A DNA stretch of 64,000 nucleotides from Eledone cirrhosa. Its lineage: Eukaryota. This document shows positions 1 to 11,989 of the stretch, one piece after another. The position numbers were made by a program, and so were the translations under genes. Positions within the stretch are counted from its first letter, which is position 1; every line of letters starts with the position of its first letter. The notes under the pieces were generated by a model. That model saw only the letters and a list, made by a program, of their open reading frames with translations. It had not been told where the DNA came from and did not search any database. The stretch covers positions 27,776,001-27,840,000 of the forward strand of contig OZ024749.1 of NCBI GenBank assembly GCA_964016885.1, read 5' to 3'.

Positions 1-287
1 GTGTGTGTGTGTATGTGTGTGTATGTGTGTGTGTGATGTTAGGTAACTGTTGATAACGTGTATATATATATATATATATATGTATGCATTTGAGTGTAAA
101 TACATGTGTGTGTGTGAGTGTGTATAAACCGAAAAGAAGAAGAAGAAGCAGTGTGTGTGTGTGTGTGTGTATGTGTGGTGTTAGGTAACTGTTGATAACG
201 TGTGTATATATATATATATATGTATGCATTTGAGTGTAAATACATGTGTGTGTGTGAGTGTGTATAAACCGAAAAGAAGAAGCAGTA

Positions 288-338
<51 letters not shown>

Positions 339-341
339 TAC

Positions 342-514
342 TTAGGCAATTGTTGATAACTTCCAGAATAGGAGTTATAGTTGTAAGCAATGATGTGACA
401 ATCACTGTTATAAGTTTTAAGACATTCTCGTACCAACAACGTGCTGGCTTCTTTCGATGCATTCTTGGGGACTGATGAACAGGTGGTGCGGCTCTTCTGC
501 CGGGGTCGCGGGGG
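342..514 (-). CDS. Coding exon of DOCK-D family (DOCK9/10/11, zizimin-like) GEF, N-terminal region
   Basis: Not in the ORF track in this frame. Polypyrimidine tract + ttctag acceptor, then 173 nt translating PPRPRQKSRTTCSSVPKNASKEASTLLVRECLKTYNSDCHIIAYNYNSYSGSYQQLP+AA, then donor GTAAGT (phase 0 to phase 2). Resembles the DOCK9 segment STVP..A..EA..LFV.ECIKTYNSDWH..NY.Y..YSG...QLP as recalled. Confidence 0.92.
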
Positions 515-520
515 CTAGAA

Positions 521-562
<42 letters not shown>

Positions 563-737
563 TTTAGTAAAGTTCTGTCAGGTCTTTGTGGCTTTGGCAA
601 TATGATAGAAACATCAATAGAATTTGTATTATCATCATATAAACATGTATGTAGAAGGTAAACAGAAATAACAACACAATCAGTACAGTATATGGAAGGA
701 ATATATTAGGTTAACGCTTGAAACAGCAGGAAGAGGG

Positions 738-773
738 TCTTAACATTTCGGACGCTAGTCCTTCATTAGAAGA
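738..773 (-). ncRNA. Degenerate minimal hammerhead ribozyme in a Penelope-type pLTR-like repeat (about 640-790)
   Basis: tctt-CTAATGA-aggac-tagc-gtcc-GAAA-tgtta-aga: intact stem II, core G>A change. Confidence 0.6.
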
Positions 774-1386
774 AAGAATGAGAAATTAGATAGATTGATG
801 GAACGCTGTGTGTGTGTGTGTGTGTAGATATGCTTATGTGCGTGCGTGTGTGTGTGTGTATATATATATATGAATATGTATATTATTATTGTTGTTGTCA
901 TTATTATTATTGCTATTATTATTTTGCCTTTCATCCTTACGGGGGTCGATAAAATAAAAGTACCAGTAATGCACTGGGTAATTGCTGGCCTTGTGCCTAA
1001 AGTAGAAACAATTATTATTATTATTATTATTATTGTTATTAATGTATGTGTGTGTATATGTGTGAGTGTATGTGTATGTATGTGTGTATGTATATATGTA
1101 TGTATGTATATATATATATATATATTTCTTTTTTTCTTTTCTTTTTTTAAAATTTTTTAAAATTTATTTATTATTATTATTATTTTTTTTATTTTATTTT
1201 ATTTTATTTTATTTTATTTTATTTTATTTGTTTTTTCTTCTCGTGCAATGGCCATACTCGATAACGAGGGGGCAGCCATCATCATGTATGTATGTATATA
1301 TATAAGACCCGTCCCACCCTTGCAAGCAGGGAAAAGCGGACGTAAAATGATGATGATGATGATGATGATATATATATATATATATA

Positions 1387-4300
1387 TGTTCTTCTGGTTT
1401 TATAATTTCACAAAGTTTTACCAATAAAGAGAGAGAGTCGGTTTCTAACATAGACACAAGACTCTCATTGGAATTTACACAACATCAACTAGGTAGATAT
1501 GTATGTATGCATGTGTAGATATGGATGTTATTGTATGTGTGGATGTGTATGTTTTAGTTGTATGTGTGCATGTGTATATGCTTTGTATCTGTACATGTGT
1601 ATATGCAGTTATTAGATGCAACATTTTTGGAATGTTTTACATATTTTTACTGTTCCATTAATGGATTGTACTTGTAGTTTCCTAACTAGTTGTGTTCTTT
1701 CTGTTCCTGTGAAGCCTAGCTTCTCAAGATTTGTATTGAGGCAGTTACTAACATATCCCAGTGCCCCAATAATCACAGGCATAAATCTGAAGGTGTAATC
1801 AGGGTGGAGTATCTGCAGATTTCTCATCAGTTCTGCATAAATATTCTCCTTTTCACTAATCTTTGATATTATATTGGCATCTGCTGGGCAGCTAATTTCC
1901 ACTACTGTGCATGTTTTCTTCTCCCTGTCCCATATCATAATATCTGGTCTGTTATGCCTGCATTTTATTGGGGTTTTTACTGGAACATTCCACCAGTACT
2001 CTTTCATATTATGTACATGGATGTCTTCCACATTGTTGTAGCTTTTAATGTGTTTATTATCGGGGCTATCTTTTTTACGAACTGCATTGTACAGTGTTTT
2101 GGCCACTACATCATGCCTCATAAGTAGATAGTACTGCGATGACATCTTTGGGCAGCTGCTGATGACATGGGTGATATCCTCGATGTTAGTTCTGCAGAGT
2201 CTGCACTTGTTATCACATCTAGGTGTTTTGCCTGCATCCCTATCTCTTTTGTGAATCAGGTATTTCGTGCTAATCTCCTGTTCTTGGATTGCAAAAGCGT
2301 ATCCTTCAAGGTGGGAGCCAATATAGCGGTTGTTGGTCCAAGATAGACTACTTTCCTTATCTATATTACTCTCCCTCTGGAGCTTCCTGGCAACATATCC
2401 ATGCATGATTTTTTGCTGATAGGCTTGCAGTTTTTCATCCATGTATTCACTGCGATACTGCTGAGCGACATCCCTGGGTGTGAATTTTTGATTATCACAC
2501 AGGGAATATCTCTCAAGGAGTTCCTTCCCAACTCTCATGATCTTATCTGTTTCATGCAGATAGACTTGCTCGAGAAGCGGGCTCCTACGCTTCGAGGTTC
2601 GTAGATGTTGTCGGAGAGATATGATGCGACATTCAAATGTTGTCTGGACTGATGTTAGGCCTCTGCCTCCCTGTTTACGTTTCAAGTAAAGGCGGTCTAT
2701 GTCACTGTTGATGTGGAAGTTTCCGGTGTTGTTCAGTATTTTTCGAGTTCCAACATCAACTGCTCGGATTTCGTCTATCGTCCAATTGAGTATTCCAAAC
2801 GTTGGTGTTAGGACAGGCACAGCAAACACATTATGAGCCACTGTTTTGTTTTGCGCAGAGAGTTCCGATGACCAGATCTTTCTTAATCGGGTGTAGTATT
2901 CCCTGGTTACGCGTTCTTTATTACAGATACCATTATAGGATATGTTCTCATCTATCCCCAGGTATCTGTAGCAGTCCTCATCAGATATTGGTGAAACAGT
3001 TAGACCATTGATGACAATGTTGCTAGATTGGGTTGTTGTTTTTCCCCGCTTTACAGTCATGTATGAGCATTTATCTTGGCCAAACTCCATTCCTATATCC
3101 TTTGAGAATGTTGTAACCAAGTCAAGATTTTTCTTCATCCCATCCATGTTCTTGGCATAGAGTTTCAGATCGTCCTCAAAGAAGTTATGGGTTAGGTTCG
3201 TATTTCTGTCCTCCTGTGAGCCAATGATGTATCCTTCACATTTCTTGAGCAGAAAGGACAAGGGGTTTAATGACAAGATGAACAATATCACAGAGAGACT
3301 GTCCCCCTGAAATATCCCCCTGCAATATTTTATTTTATCAGTGAAAATAGAGTCCTCCCTCTCTGTCTTTAACCTCAGGATAGTAGCCCAAGAAGAAGAC
3401 AGCCTCTCTATGGCTCTGACAATAATGTCTGGGACTTTAGCAAGTTGGAGGGCCTCTATCATCCAAGAGTGGGGAACAGAATCGAAAGCTTTCTTGTAGT
3501 CCAGCCAGACTGTAGTCATATTCCTCCTAAGTTGTCGCACCTCTGACATCGCAGTTTTGTTGATTAGGAGTTGTTCAGCACATCCCCAAACCCTTTTCTT
3601 TCCAGCTGCTTGTTCATCTGTGATGATATTATTTTCACAGTGATCTTGGAGGAATAGGTTCAGGCAGGCTGTATACATCTTATACATCAGGTTCTGGCAT
3701 GCAATGGGTCGGTAGTTTTTTGTCAAGTGGGTGTCTTTGTTCTTGGGGACCAGTAACGTTTGTGCTAATGTCAACCATTCTGGTATAAGTGTATCTCCCT
3801 TAAGAACTTGTTGGTAGAGGTCAGTAAGATACCTCCGATAGAATATTAGTTTTTTGTACCAGTAGCCGACAATCATGTCTCTTCCTGGTGTTTTCTTATC
3901 TTGGAGTTTTCCTATCACAGTCTCAAGGGTACCCTCACTTATTTTGTATGTTTTTGCTGTAGTGTAGGAGCAGTAGTTCTTTCGGATTTCTCTTAGCCAC
4001 ACTGCATCTTGGTTGAAATTCTTTTTTTCACCCCATATTTTTCTCCAAAAGGAATCTATGTCTTTCTGGGATGGGGCCTCAGTGACACTTATTATTTTGC
4101 CCTTCATATCTCTATAGACTGATGTTTGGTTTCGTCTGAATCTTTTATTAAGCATTTTTCTCTCATCTACCTTCTTCAGGTATCGGCATTTTTCGCTAAC
4201 AGCTCTCAATTCTTGTTTGAGGGTGATCAGCTTATATTGAAGAGTTCTGATTCTACTGTTACCAAACATCGTCTCTATTTTATTTTTCACTCTTTGTTGG

Positions 4301-4518
4301 AGAGGAGTGAGGTTTTTTTGTGTTTGTTTGCATGTAAGGAGCATTGTCACATGTCCTATGGTTTTTCGTAGGTCAGCACTCTTTTTTTCTATTTTAGTTA
4401 TATATGATGGTATTTTTGGTGGTGTTTTGTTCTTGTTAATATCTCTGCTATCACCAACATAATGCTTCACTGTCATTGCTAAGGCATATAAACAGGCGTT
4501 GATTGTTGATTTGCCAAA
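1387..4518 (-). mobile_element. RLE-type non-LTR retrotransposon (R4/Dong-like), 5'-truncated, with 3' UTR
   Basis: Complex sequence bounded on both sides by (TA)n. ORF with RT and a C-terminal CCHC + restriction-like endonuclease; about 225 nt of 3' UTR (1611-1387). Confidence 0.9.
1612..4518 (-). CDS. RT-RLE polyprotein (about 965 aa real portion; the N-terminal YI-repeat of the track ORF is microsatellite)
   Basis: RT motifs [48 protein letters not shown]; zinc knuckle CRLC..HVISSC; RLE motifs RHD, RPD..I.D, VEISCP, K...Y. No stops or frameshifts. Confidence 0.92.
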   Translation of the reverse strand, partial: FGKSTINACLYALAMTVKHYVGDSRDINKNKTPPKIPSYITKIEKKSADLRKTIGHVTMLLTCKQTQKNLTPLQQRVKNKIETMFGNSRIRTLQYKLITLKQELRAVSEKCRYLKKVDERKMLNKRFRRNQTSVYRDMKGKIISVTEAPSQKDIDSFWRKIWGEKKNFNQDAVWLREIRKNYCSYTTAKTYKISEGTLETVIGKLQDKKTPGRDMIVGYWYKKLIFYRRYLTDLYQQVLKGDTLIPEWLTLAQTLLVPKNKDTHLTKNYRPIACQNLMYKMYTACLNLFLQDHCENNIITDEQAAGKKRVWGCAEQLLINKTAMSEVRQLRRNMTTVWLDYKKAFDSVPHSWMIEALQLAKVPDIIVRAIERLSSSWATILRLKTEREDSIFTDKIKYCRGIFQGDSLSVILFILSLNPLSFLLKKCEGYIIGSQEDRNTNLTHNFFEDDLKLYAKNMDGMKKNLDLVTTFSKDIGMEFGQDKCSYMTVKRGKTTTQSSNIVINGLTVSPISDEDCYRYLGIDENISYNGICNKERVTREYYTRLRKIWSSELSAQNKTVAHNVFAVPVLTPTFGILNWTIDEIRAVDVGTRKILNNTGNFHINSDIDRLYLKRKQGGRGLTSVQTTFECRIISLRQHLRTSKRRSPLLEQVYLHETDKIMRVGKELLERYSLCDNQKFTPRDVAQQYRSEYMDEKLQAYQQKIMHGYVARKLQRESNIDKESSLSWTNNRYIGSHLEGYAFAIQEQEISTKYLIHKRDRDAGKTPRCDNKCRLCRTNIEDITHVISSCPKMSSQYYLLMRHDVVAKTLYNAVRKKDSPDNKHIKSYNNVEDIHVHNMKEYWWNVPVKTPIKCRHNRPDIMIWDREKKTCTVVEISCPADANIISKISEKENIYAELMRNLQILHPDYTFRFMPVIIGALGYVSNCLNTNLEKLGFTGTERTQLVRKLQVQSINGTVKICKTFQKCCI

Positions 4519-4549
<31 letters not shown>

Positions 4550-4875
4550 TGAATGTATATATATATATATATATATGAATGTATATATATATATATATAT
4601 GAATGTATATATATATATATATATGAATGTATATATATATATATATATGAATGTATATATATATATATATATGAATGTATATATATATATATATATGAAT
4701 GTATATATATATATATATATATATGAATGTATATATATATATATATATATATATATGAATGTATATATATATATATATATATGAATGTATATATATATAT
4801 ATATATGAATGTATATATATATATATATATATATATATGAATGTATATATATATATATATATATATATATGAATG

Positions 4876-4911
<36 letters not shown>

Positions 4912-4934
4912 CATACATACATATATATATATAC

Positions 4935-4967
<33 letters not shown>

Positions 4968-5180
4968 GATACATATATATATATATAAATACATTCATAT
5001 ATATATATAAATACATTCATATATATATATACATTCATATATATCATCATAAAATGATGATATATATGAATGTATATATATATATATATATGAATGTATT
5101 TATATATATATATGAATGTATTTATATATATATATATGTATCTATATATATATGTATGTATATATATATATATATGTATG

Positions 5181-5211
<31 letters not shown>

Positions 5212-5213
5212 GA

Positions 5214-5250
<37 letters not shown>

Positions 5251-5259
5251 TGTATATGA

Positions 5260-5315
<56 letters not shown>
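4519..5315. repeat. (TA)n-TGAATG compound microsatellite containing a fold-back palindrome centred near 5052
   Basis: catTca-type units left of atcatcat-aaa-atgatgat are mirrored by tgaatg-type units on the right. Confidence 0.85.
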
Positions 5316-5318
<3 letters not shown>

Positions 5319-6769
5319 GAAGATGGACGTTAAATGATGATGATGATATATAGTATAAAGTGCTCAGGTGCACTACAATATATATATATATGTGTGTATG
5401 TGTGTGTGTGTGTATCTACAAGCTTAGATCATCATCATTTCATTTTACGTCCACTTTTCCCTGCTTGCAAGGCTGGGACGGGAACTGATTCTGGCTTGAT
5501 TTCTACAGCTGGATGCTCTTCCTAACACCAACCTCATTTACAGTGAGTGCTGGGTGCTTTTTTGCCGTGGCGCCTACACGACCACTTTGCAGTGGAATGA
5601 TAGGGACCCCAGTCCTATCATCTCATTTCTACAGCTGAGTAAACTGGATCGTGAAATAAAGTGTCTTGCTCAAGGAAACAACACATCACCCGGTCTGAGA
5701 ATTGAACTCACAACCTTTCGATTGCAAGGCCAATGCTCTGACCACTAAGCCATGTATATATATATATCTCCAAACTGAGGTGAATATATATATAGACATA
5801 GGGATACATGCCTAGTAGTTATATGAAATCACCATGACCCAAACTACCATCAACAACAACAACAACAAAACCACCACAACTACAAACACCACCACTAACA
5901 CCTCTTCTACCACCAGAACCAACACAACCACCATGACCATCACCCCCACCACTACCGCCTCTACCACTACCTCTACCACCATCACCACCTCTACCAACAC
6001 CACTACTACCACTACCACCGCTACGGCTATCACCACTACTACCACCTCTACCACCACCACCACCTTCACCATCCTAGTATTATAACCACCAATGTATAAA
6101 TCAAACTGACAGTTACATTTGATCTGTAATCCCGAGATTTAAGTGTCAAAATCTGAGGTAGAACACCACCACCACCACCACCAGCCCCACCACCACCATC
6201 ACTAGTAGCCCCACCACCACCACCATCACTAGTAGCCCCACCACCACCACCACCACCACCACCACCAGTAACAGCAGAACCTTACTACCATCACCACAAG
6301 TAGCAGCAGAACCTTACCACCAACACCACCGCTTACAACAGCAACACTACCACCAACACCACCAGTAATATCAGAACCTTACTACCTCCAACATCACCAC
6401 TAACAACACCACTACCAGCAGTAGCAAAACACCTCCAACATCACTAACAACAGCAACACAAGCAGCAGAACAGCACCACCACCACAAGAACACCCCCAAC
6501 ATCACTAACAACAGCAACACAAGCAGCAGAACACCACCACCACCAGTAACAACAACAGAAATTCTTTCAGTTTTCTTCTCTTTCCATCTTAGTCTACCCC
6601 ATCTTTCTCACTTTCACCCTCACACCAGATGGAAGTAGTTTTTATAGATACAATAACGGATGGTTGTGGGGTGAGAGAGGTGTGGGTGAAGATCAAAGAA
6701 TATATGTGAATAGGCATATATTAATAAAGAACAAGGAATATCAATGAATAAATCAGAGAATATTGTGAA

Positions 6770-7640
6770 AAGAAAGGAGCTGATCACCAGAGCAGACCAA
6801 GGAAACAATGTTTTCTTTGGTCTTTCCATTACTGATGCTATCTGTCTCGGTTATAACTTCTGGCAGAAGAAAAGAGCTGATCACCAGATCAGACCAAGGA
6901 AACAATGTTTCCATTGCTGATACTATCTATCTGTCAGTCACATCTGGCAGAAGAAAGGAAAAGAGCTGACTGTCAGATTGGACCAAGCAAACAATGTTTC
7001 CACTGGTTTTTCCTATTGCTGATACTATCTGTTGGTTACATAGGGAGAAGAAAGGAGCTGATCACCAGAGCAAACCAAAGAAACAGTGTTTCTATTGGTC
7101 TTTCCATTGACAATACTATCTACCGGGTACAACTCCTGATTGTCAGATCGGACCAGGTAAACAATGTCTCCTTTGGTTTTTCCATTGCGGGCACTGTCTG
7201 TCAGTTACAACTCCAGGCAGAAGAAAGGAGCTGCTTGTCAGATCAAACTAGTGAAAAAATGTTTCCAGTGGTCTTTCCATTGCCAATATTATTTGTATGT
7301 CAGTCACAACTCCTGACAGAAGAAAGGAGCTGATCACCAGATCAGACCAAGGAAACAATGTTTCCATTAGTCTTTCCATTACTAATGATATCTGTCTGTC
7401 AGTCACAACTCCTGGCAGAAGAAAGGAAAAGAGCTGATTAATATTGCCACTGGTCTTTCCCATTGCTAATACAATCTGATTGGACCAGGAAAACTATGTT
7501 TCCATTGCTAATACTATGTCTGTTGGTCATATAGGAAGAAGAAAGGAGCTGATCACCAGATCAGACCCCCCCCAAAAAAAAACAATGTTTCCATGTCTTG
7601 CCATTGCTGAAACTATTTGCCAGTGACAACTCCTGGAATA
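6770..7640. repeat. Degenerate tandem array (about 100-bp unit, about 8 copies) of the SINE C 3' body
   Basis: Recurrent aaggagctgatcaccagatcagaccaaggaaacaatgtttcc..ggtctttccattgctgatactatctg..acaactcctggcagaagaa, largely the reverse complement of 47765-47840. Confidence 0.8.
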
Positions 7641-8075
7641 TTACATGATATTATGTAATATAAATGAATATCACATGGCATGGTGTAATTTCAAAGGATA
7701 TCATGGAATATCCACACAATATTAGTCAACTAAATCTATAATAGATAACTACAATGGAACTGAACCCAAACCTCTTGGATTGTGAAACAAACTCCTTAAA
7801 TCCCACACAACCATGCCCTTGACCGTCACCACATTTCATGGGAACAACAGAGAATGAGGAGAGAGAGAGAGAGAGAGGGGGGGAGGGAGGGAGGGGAGAG
7901 AGGGGGAGGGAGAGAGAGAGAGAGAGAGAGGGAGGGAGAGAGAGAGAGGGAGGGAGGGAGAGAGAGAGAAAGAGAGAAAGAGAGAGAGAGGGAGAATGAG
8001 AATATATATATATATATATTTCGTTTCTGAATTTGTTTAGCAAGATTCTTTATCTGAAAACGTGTGTTGAAACCG

Positions 8076-8203
8076 ATATTGTTATACTTTGGGAGGGTCA
8101 TGCTGCCAATAAGAAACACATGCACCAGTTGCTTTCACTTCAATTGGAGTGAAAGCAACTGGTGCGTGTGCTTCTTATTGGCAACATGACCCTCCCAAAG
8201 TAT

Positions 8204-8210
<7 letters not shown>
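8076..8210. repeat. Near-perfect palindrome, about 135 bp
   Basis: atattgttatactttgggagggtcatg...ctttcacttcaa|ttggagtgaaag...catgaccctcccaaagtataacaatat. Confidence 0.9.
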
Positions 8211-8251
<41 letters not shown>

Positions 8252-8406
8252 CGAAGGAAATGTGGTAAGGAACCAGGTGGACCATAACGCACCAAAGTAC
8301 TCAATACTTAGGGTAGTAGAGTGGGTAATAGGAACCAGTAAGATCCCGACGGCCGAGAATTAGCCATCGAAACGGCTTGAGCTCAGCCATCGGGGTCTTA
8401 CTGGTT

Positions 8407-8452
<46 letters not shown>

Positions 8453-8767
8453 ATATGGTATTCCAGCTGTGTCCTTGGAAAGATGGTTGTAGTGAGGTTA
8501 GGTGGTGTGACCAGTAATTTTTGTAGTAGGTGACCACTGCTTAAGGTTTCCCCAAAGAAGATCCACCCAGGTTACAGAGTCACTTATATATATGTGTGTT
8601 TGTATATAGAACAATTAAAACAAGACAGAAGTCAGAGGTTAATTAGTTCATTGTTTTATGATCGTTTCAGAAGGTCGGTTGATCGTGGAAGATCGATGTA
8701 TCGACTAAAATGGTAGTGGTTAGGCTATTACCTATTTCTGGTAAACTATGATTTTATTTGCTATATA

Positions 8768-9117
8768 TCATTTCATTTTTTTTTTTTTTTTTTTTTACGT
8801 CTGCTTTTTCCCTGCTTGCATGGGTGGGACGGGAACTGATTCTGGCTTGATTTCTACAGCTGGATGCCCTTCCTAACACCAACCTCATTTACAGTGAGTG
8901 CTGGGTGCTTTTTTGCCGTGGCACCTCCACGACCACTTTGCAGTGGAATGATAGGGACCCCAGTCCCTAACATCTCATTTCTACAGCTGAGTAAACTGGA
9001 GCAATGTGAAATAAAGTGTCTTGTTCAAGGAAACAACACATCACCCAGTCTGAGAATTGAACTCACAACCTTTCGATTGCAAGGCCAATGCTCTAACCAC
9101 TAAGCCATGTGCCTCCA
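8768..9117 (-). mobile_element. tRNA-derived SINE family B (tRNA head + CORE-like block + RTE-like tail), representative copy
   Basis: Minus strand: ggaggcacatggcttagtggttagagc (A box), gagttcaattc (B box), ccttgaacaagacacttt, tail gttggtgttaggaagggcatccagctgtagaaa. Other copies: 5431-5753(-), 42775-43075(-), 60490-60886(-), head only 30550-30658(-), tail only 1306-1368(+). Confidence 0.88.
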
Positions 9118-9312
9118 TATATATAAAGTTATAAAGAGGTGGAGGCGCGTAGTTTGTGTGTCCCAATGATTGAGGAAATAGAAGACGGAGATACATGAGT
9201 TAAGAGTAGTAGGCGTAGAACGCATATGAAGTGTAAACAAAGATAGATAATAAAAATAATAATAAGAATAGTGGTTGTAATAATATATATATATAGTAAA
9301 ATCAGTACTTAC

Positions 9313-9435
9313 GGGAATAACAACATCATCAAATGGGAATATAAGGAGTTCTCTCTGTGGGTCATTATAAAGCAGGACTTTGTTCTTGACTACATAGGTC
9401 TCGTAATCCACAGGGTCCACAGGAGGGGGTCGCGA
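9313..9435 (-). CDS. Coding exon of DOCK-D family (DOCK9/10/11, zizimin-like) GEF
   Basis: Acceptor cttcctgttacag, 123 nt (41 codons, phase 0-0) SRPPPVDPVDYETYVVKNKVLLYNDPQRELLIFPFDDVVIP, donor GTAAGT. Matches the DOCK9 N-terminal motif EPLDYE......K..I.ND..REML.FPYDD and splices in frame to exon 514-342. Confidence 0.93.
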
Positions 9436-10209
9436 CTGTAACAGGAAGAGAGGTCACATTAGAATAGAGCATTCATCATCATCATCAACGTTTAACATCC
9501 ATTTTCCATGTTAGCAGGAGTTAAAAAACAATCCATTCCTCACATACACAGAAAAATAAACACATACACTCTCACACAATCAGACACACTGAAAGGTTTA
9601 CACAACATTATGACAAGTGCCTAAAGCACCGAAAAGATTACGTCTGATAAAGTCTCTAGAAAAAAAAAAAAAAATTTTTTTCTTGGAATGTCAAATACAA
9701 TTAATTCAAAAAGAATGGTGACCCTTGATGCCCTAAATATGGGGTTATTTGGCACAATCGTTAACCCAGCCCTGGTTATGACCATACGTTACCAATTTTT
9801 CATCATCATCATTAGTTTGAATTCGCTGATATAGATTTGACTGGATAACACCACCCATTTCAATCATGTATCACATTCAGGAGGCTCAGCAGAGACAGTT
9901 GATAAAGGGTTTTGCTGGACAGCTGACTCCTATATTATACATGTATACATGTATACATATCCGCATTGTAATGTCCATAGGAGTATATCACGAATGAGTT
10001 CTCTTGGCTGATAAAGACAGCAATCGAGGTGGTGATGGTGATGATGATGATTATGTTAGTGATGATGACGATGGTTATGATGGTGATGGTGGTGGTGATG
10101 ATGATGATGATAAGGAGGATGTGTGTAGTAGGTTGGTTCTAATATATATATTTTTTTTAATGTGAGGATCCTATCGGATGTGTGTGTTTGTGTATGTATA
10201 TATAAATAA

Positions 10210-10245
<36 letters not shown>

Positions 10246-11234
10246 CTAGTGACATGCGAACATTTTTAAGTATCAAGTAGCCTACTTCAAACAAATAATA
10301 GAAACACGTTGCTTGAAAAGTAGTGAAATTCGTTACTTTGGTAACCAATCAGGCAAATATTTCCATCCCTATATGACTCACATTACAACAAGTCATTTCC
10401 CCGGATGACAACATGAGGTGTGTATATATATATAATTCAACAGTGGATCAATTTCCATGTCATCTTCTCTATAGATAAGTGGGAAGTTAGGGCAAAGTCA
10501 GATATTAGTGAAGCTATAGAGCCAAGATTCAACAGAGGATCAATTTTCATGTCAACTTATCTATAGCTGAGCAGGAAGTTAGGGCATGGTCAGACATTAG
10601 TGAAGCTATATATGCTACATCAATTGACAAGATCTCAGACCTCATTTGCTTACTAAGTTGGGTGGAACTCGTCAAATAGGACCAAGGAAACAGTGTTTCC
10701 ATTGGTCTTTCTATTGCAGATACTATCTACTGGTCACAACTCCTAACAGAAGCTATAGAGGGAATTTTTATGTCACCTCATCTATAGATGAGCTGAAAAT
10801 TAGTATGTTTGTTAATTCAAATGTTTATAGTATCTTTACTAGTGGACAGATTGTTGAGAAAATTTGCTGTACTACATTACAATGAACATTTTAATCTTTT
10901 ATGCGATGCAGTTTTAGTGGTGTTTTGTAAACTTCGAGAATTTTAATGTCATCTTATCTACAATAAGGTGTAGGTTTTAGCTGTGGTTAGGTCAAATATC
11001 AGGGTTTATATGAGCTGATAATATTTCATGCAATGAATGTGCCCTGCCCATATATCTATGGAAAAATGTTAATTGTCTGTTAAGTACACCAGTGTTTTAT
11101 TTTATTTATTTACTAATGGGAGGAGAGGTTGAGAGAAGTTTAAGGTGTGTGTAGCTATACAACTACATCAACACCACTATGAACTGCACTACCACCACGA
11201 TCAACATAACTACATCAGCAACACGACCAACCAC

Positions 11235-11271
<37 letters not shown>

Positions 11272-11989
11272 CACAATACCAACAATAACACCACTAACAA
11301 CCACACCAATCCCAACAACACCAACACTACCATCACCACTACAAACAACACCATCACCAACACAACCATAACACCACCAACACCAACACAATCAACACCA
11401 CCACCAACACCTACAACAAGTGGTACTTGTGGCTATGTGTGTGTAGCACTTGTCGCTGAATGTGTGTGTGTGGGGGGGGGGGGGGTACTTGTAGCTGAGT
11501 GTGAAGGGTTAAGTAACTGTAGCTGAGTGTGAGTGTGTGTGTGTGTTCATCATCATAGATCAATATAAGACTGTCATTATTGTCAACAGTCCCACAGATA
11601 CATGTAGGGTTGTCCTTACTCTCAACAGACTTATGTAGGACTGTCAATGTCAACAGACTCATGTAGAAGAGTCCTTACTGTCAACAGACTCATGTAGAAG
11701 TGTCCTTACTGTAGAAGTGTCCTTACTGTCAACAGACCCAGGTAAGACTGTCATTAATACCAACAGACCCCTGTAGGACTGTATATCCTTTATTATTGAC
11801 TGCCAACACTGTAATGAAATTGTGTTAAATGACTGAGAATTACAATGTTTGCTGAAAATAATTTATTCACAATGAACTAGAGTACATTGAAAAGGGACAA
11901 ACCCTTCACTGGTATTGTTTCATTTTGGGGGAAGATTGGATAAAACTAATGTGCATGTGTGTGTGTGTGTGTGTGTGTCTGTGTGTATA

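Noticed and set aside
4519-5016. N-terminal part of the 1134-aa ORF
   Set aside because: Microsatellite read-through, not part of the retrotransposon protein.
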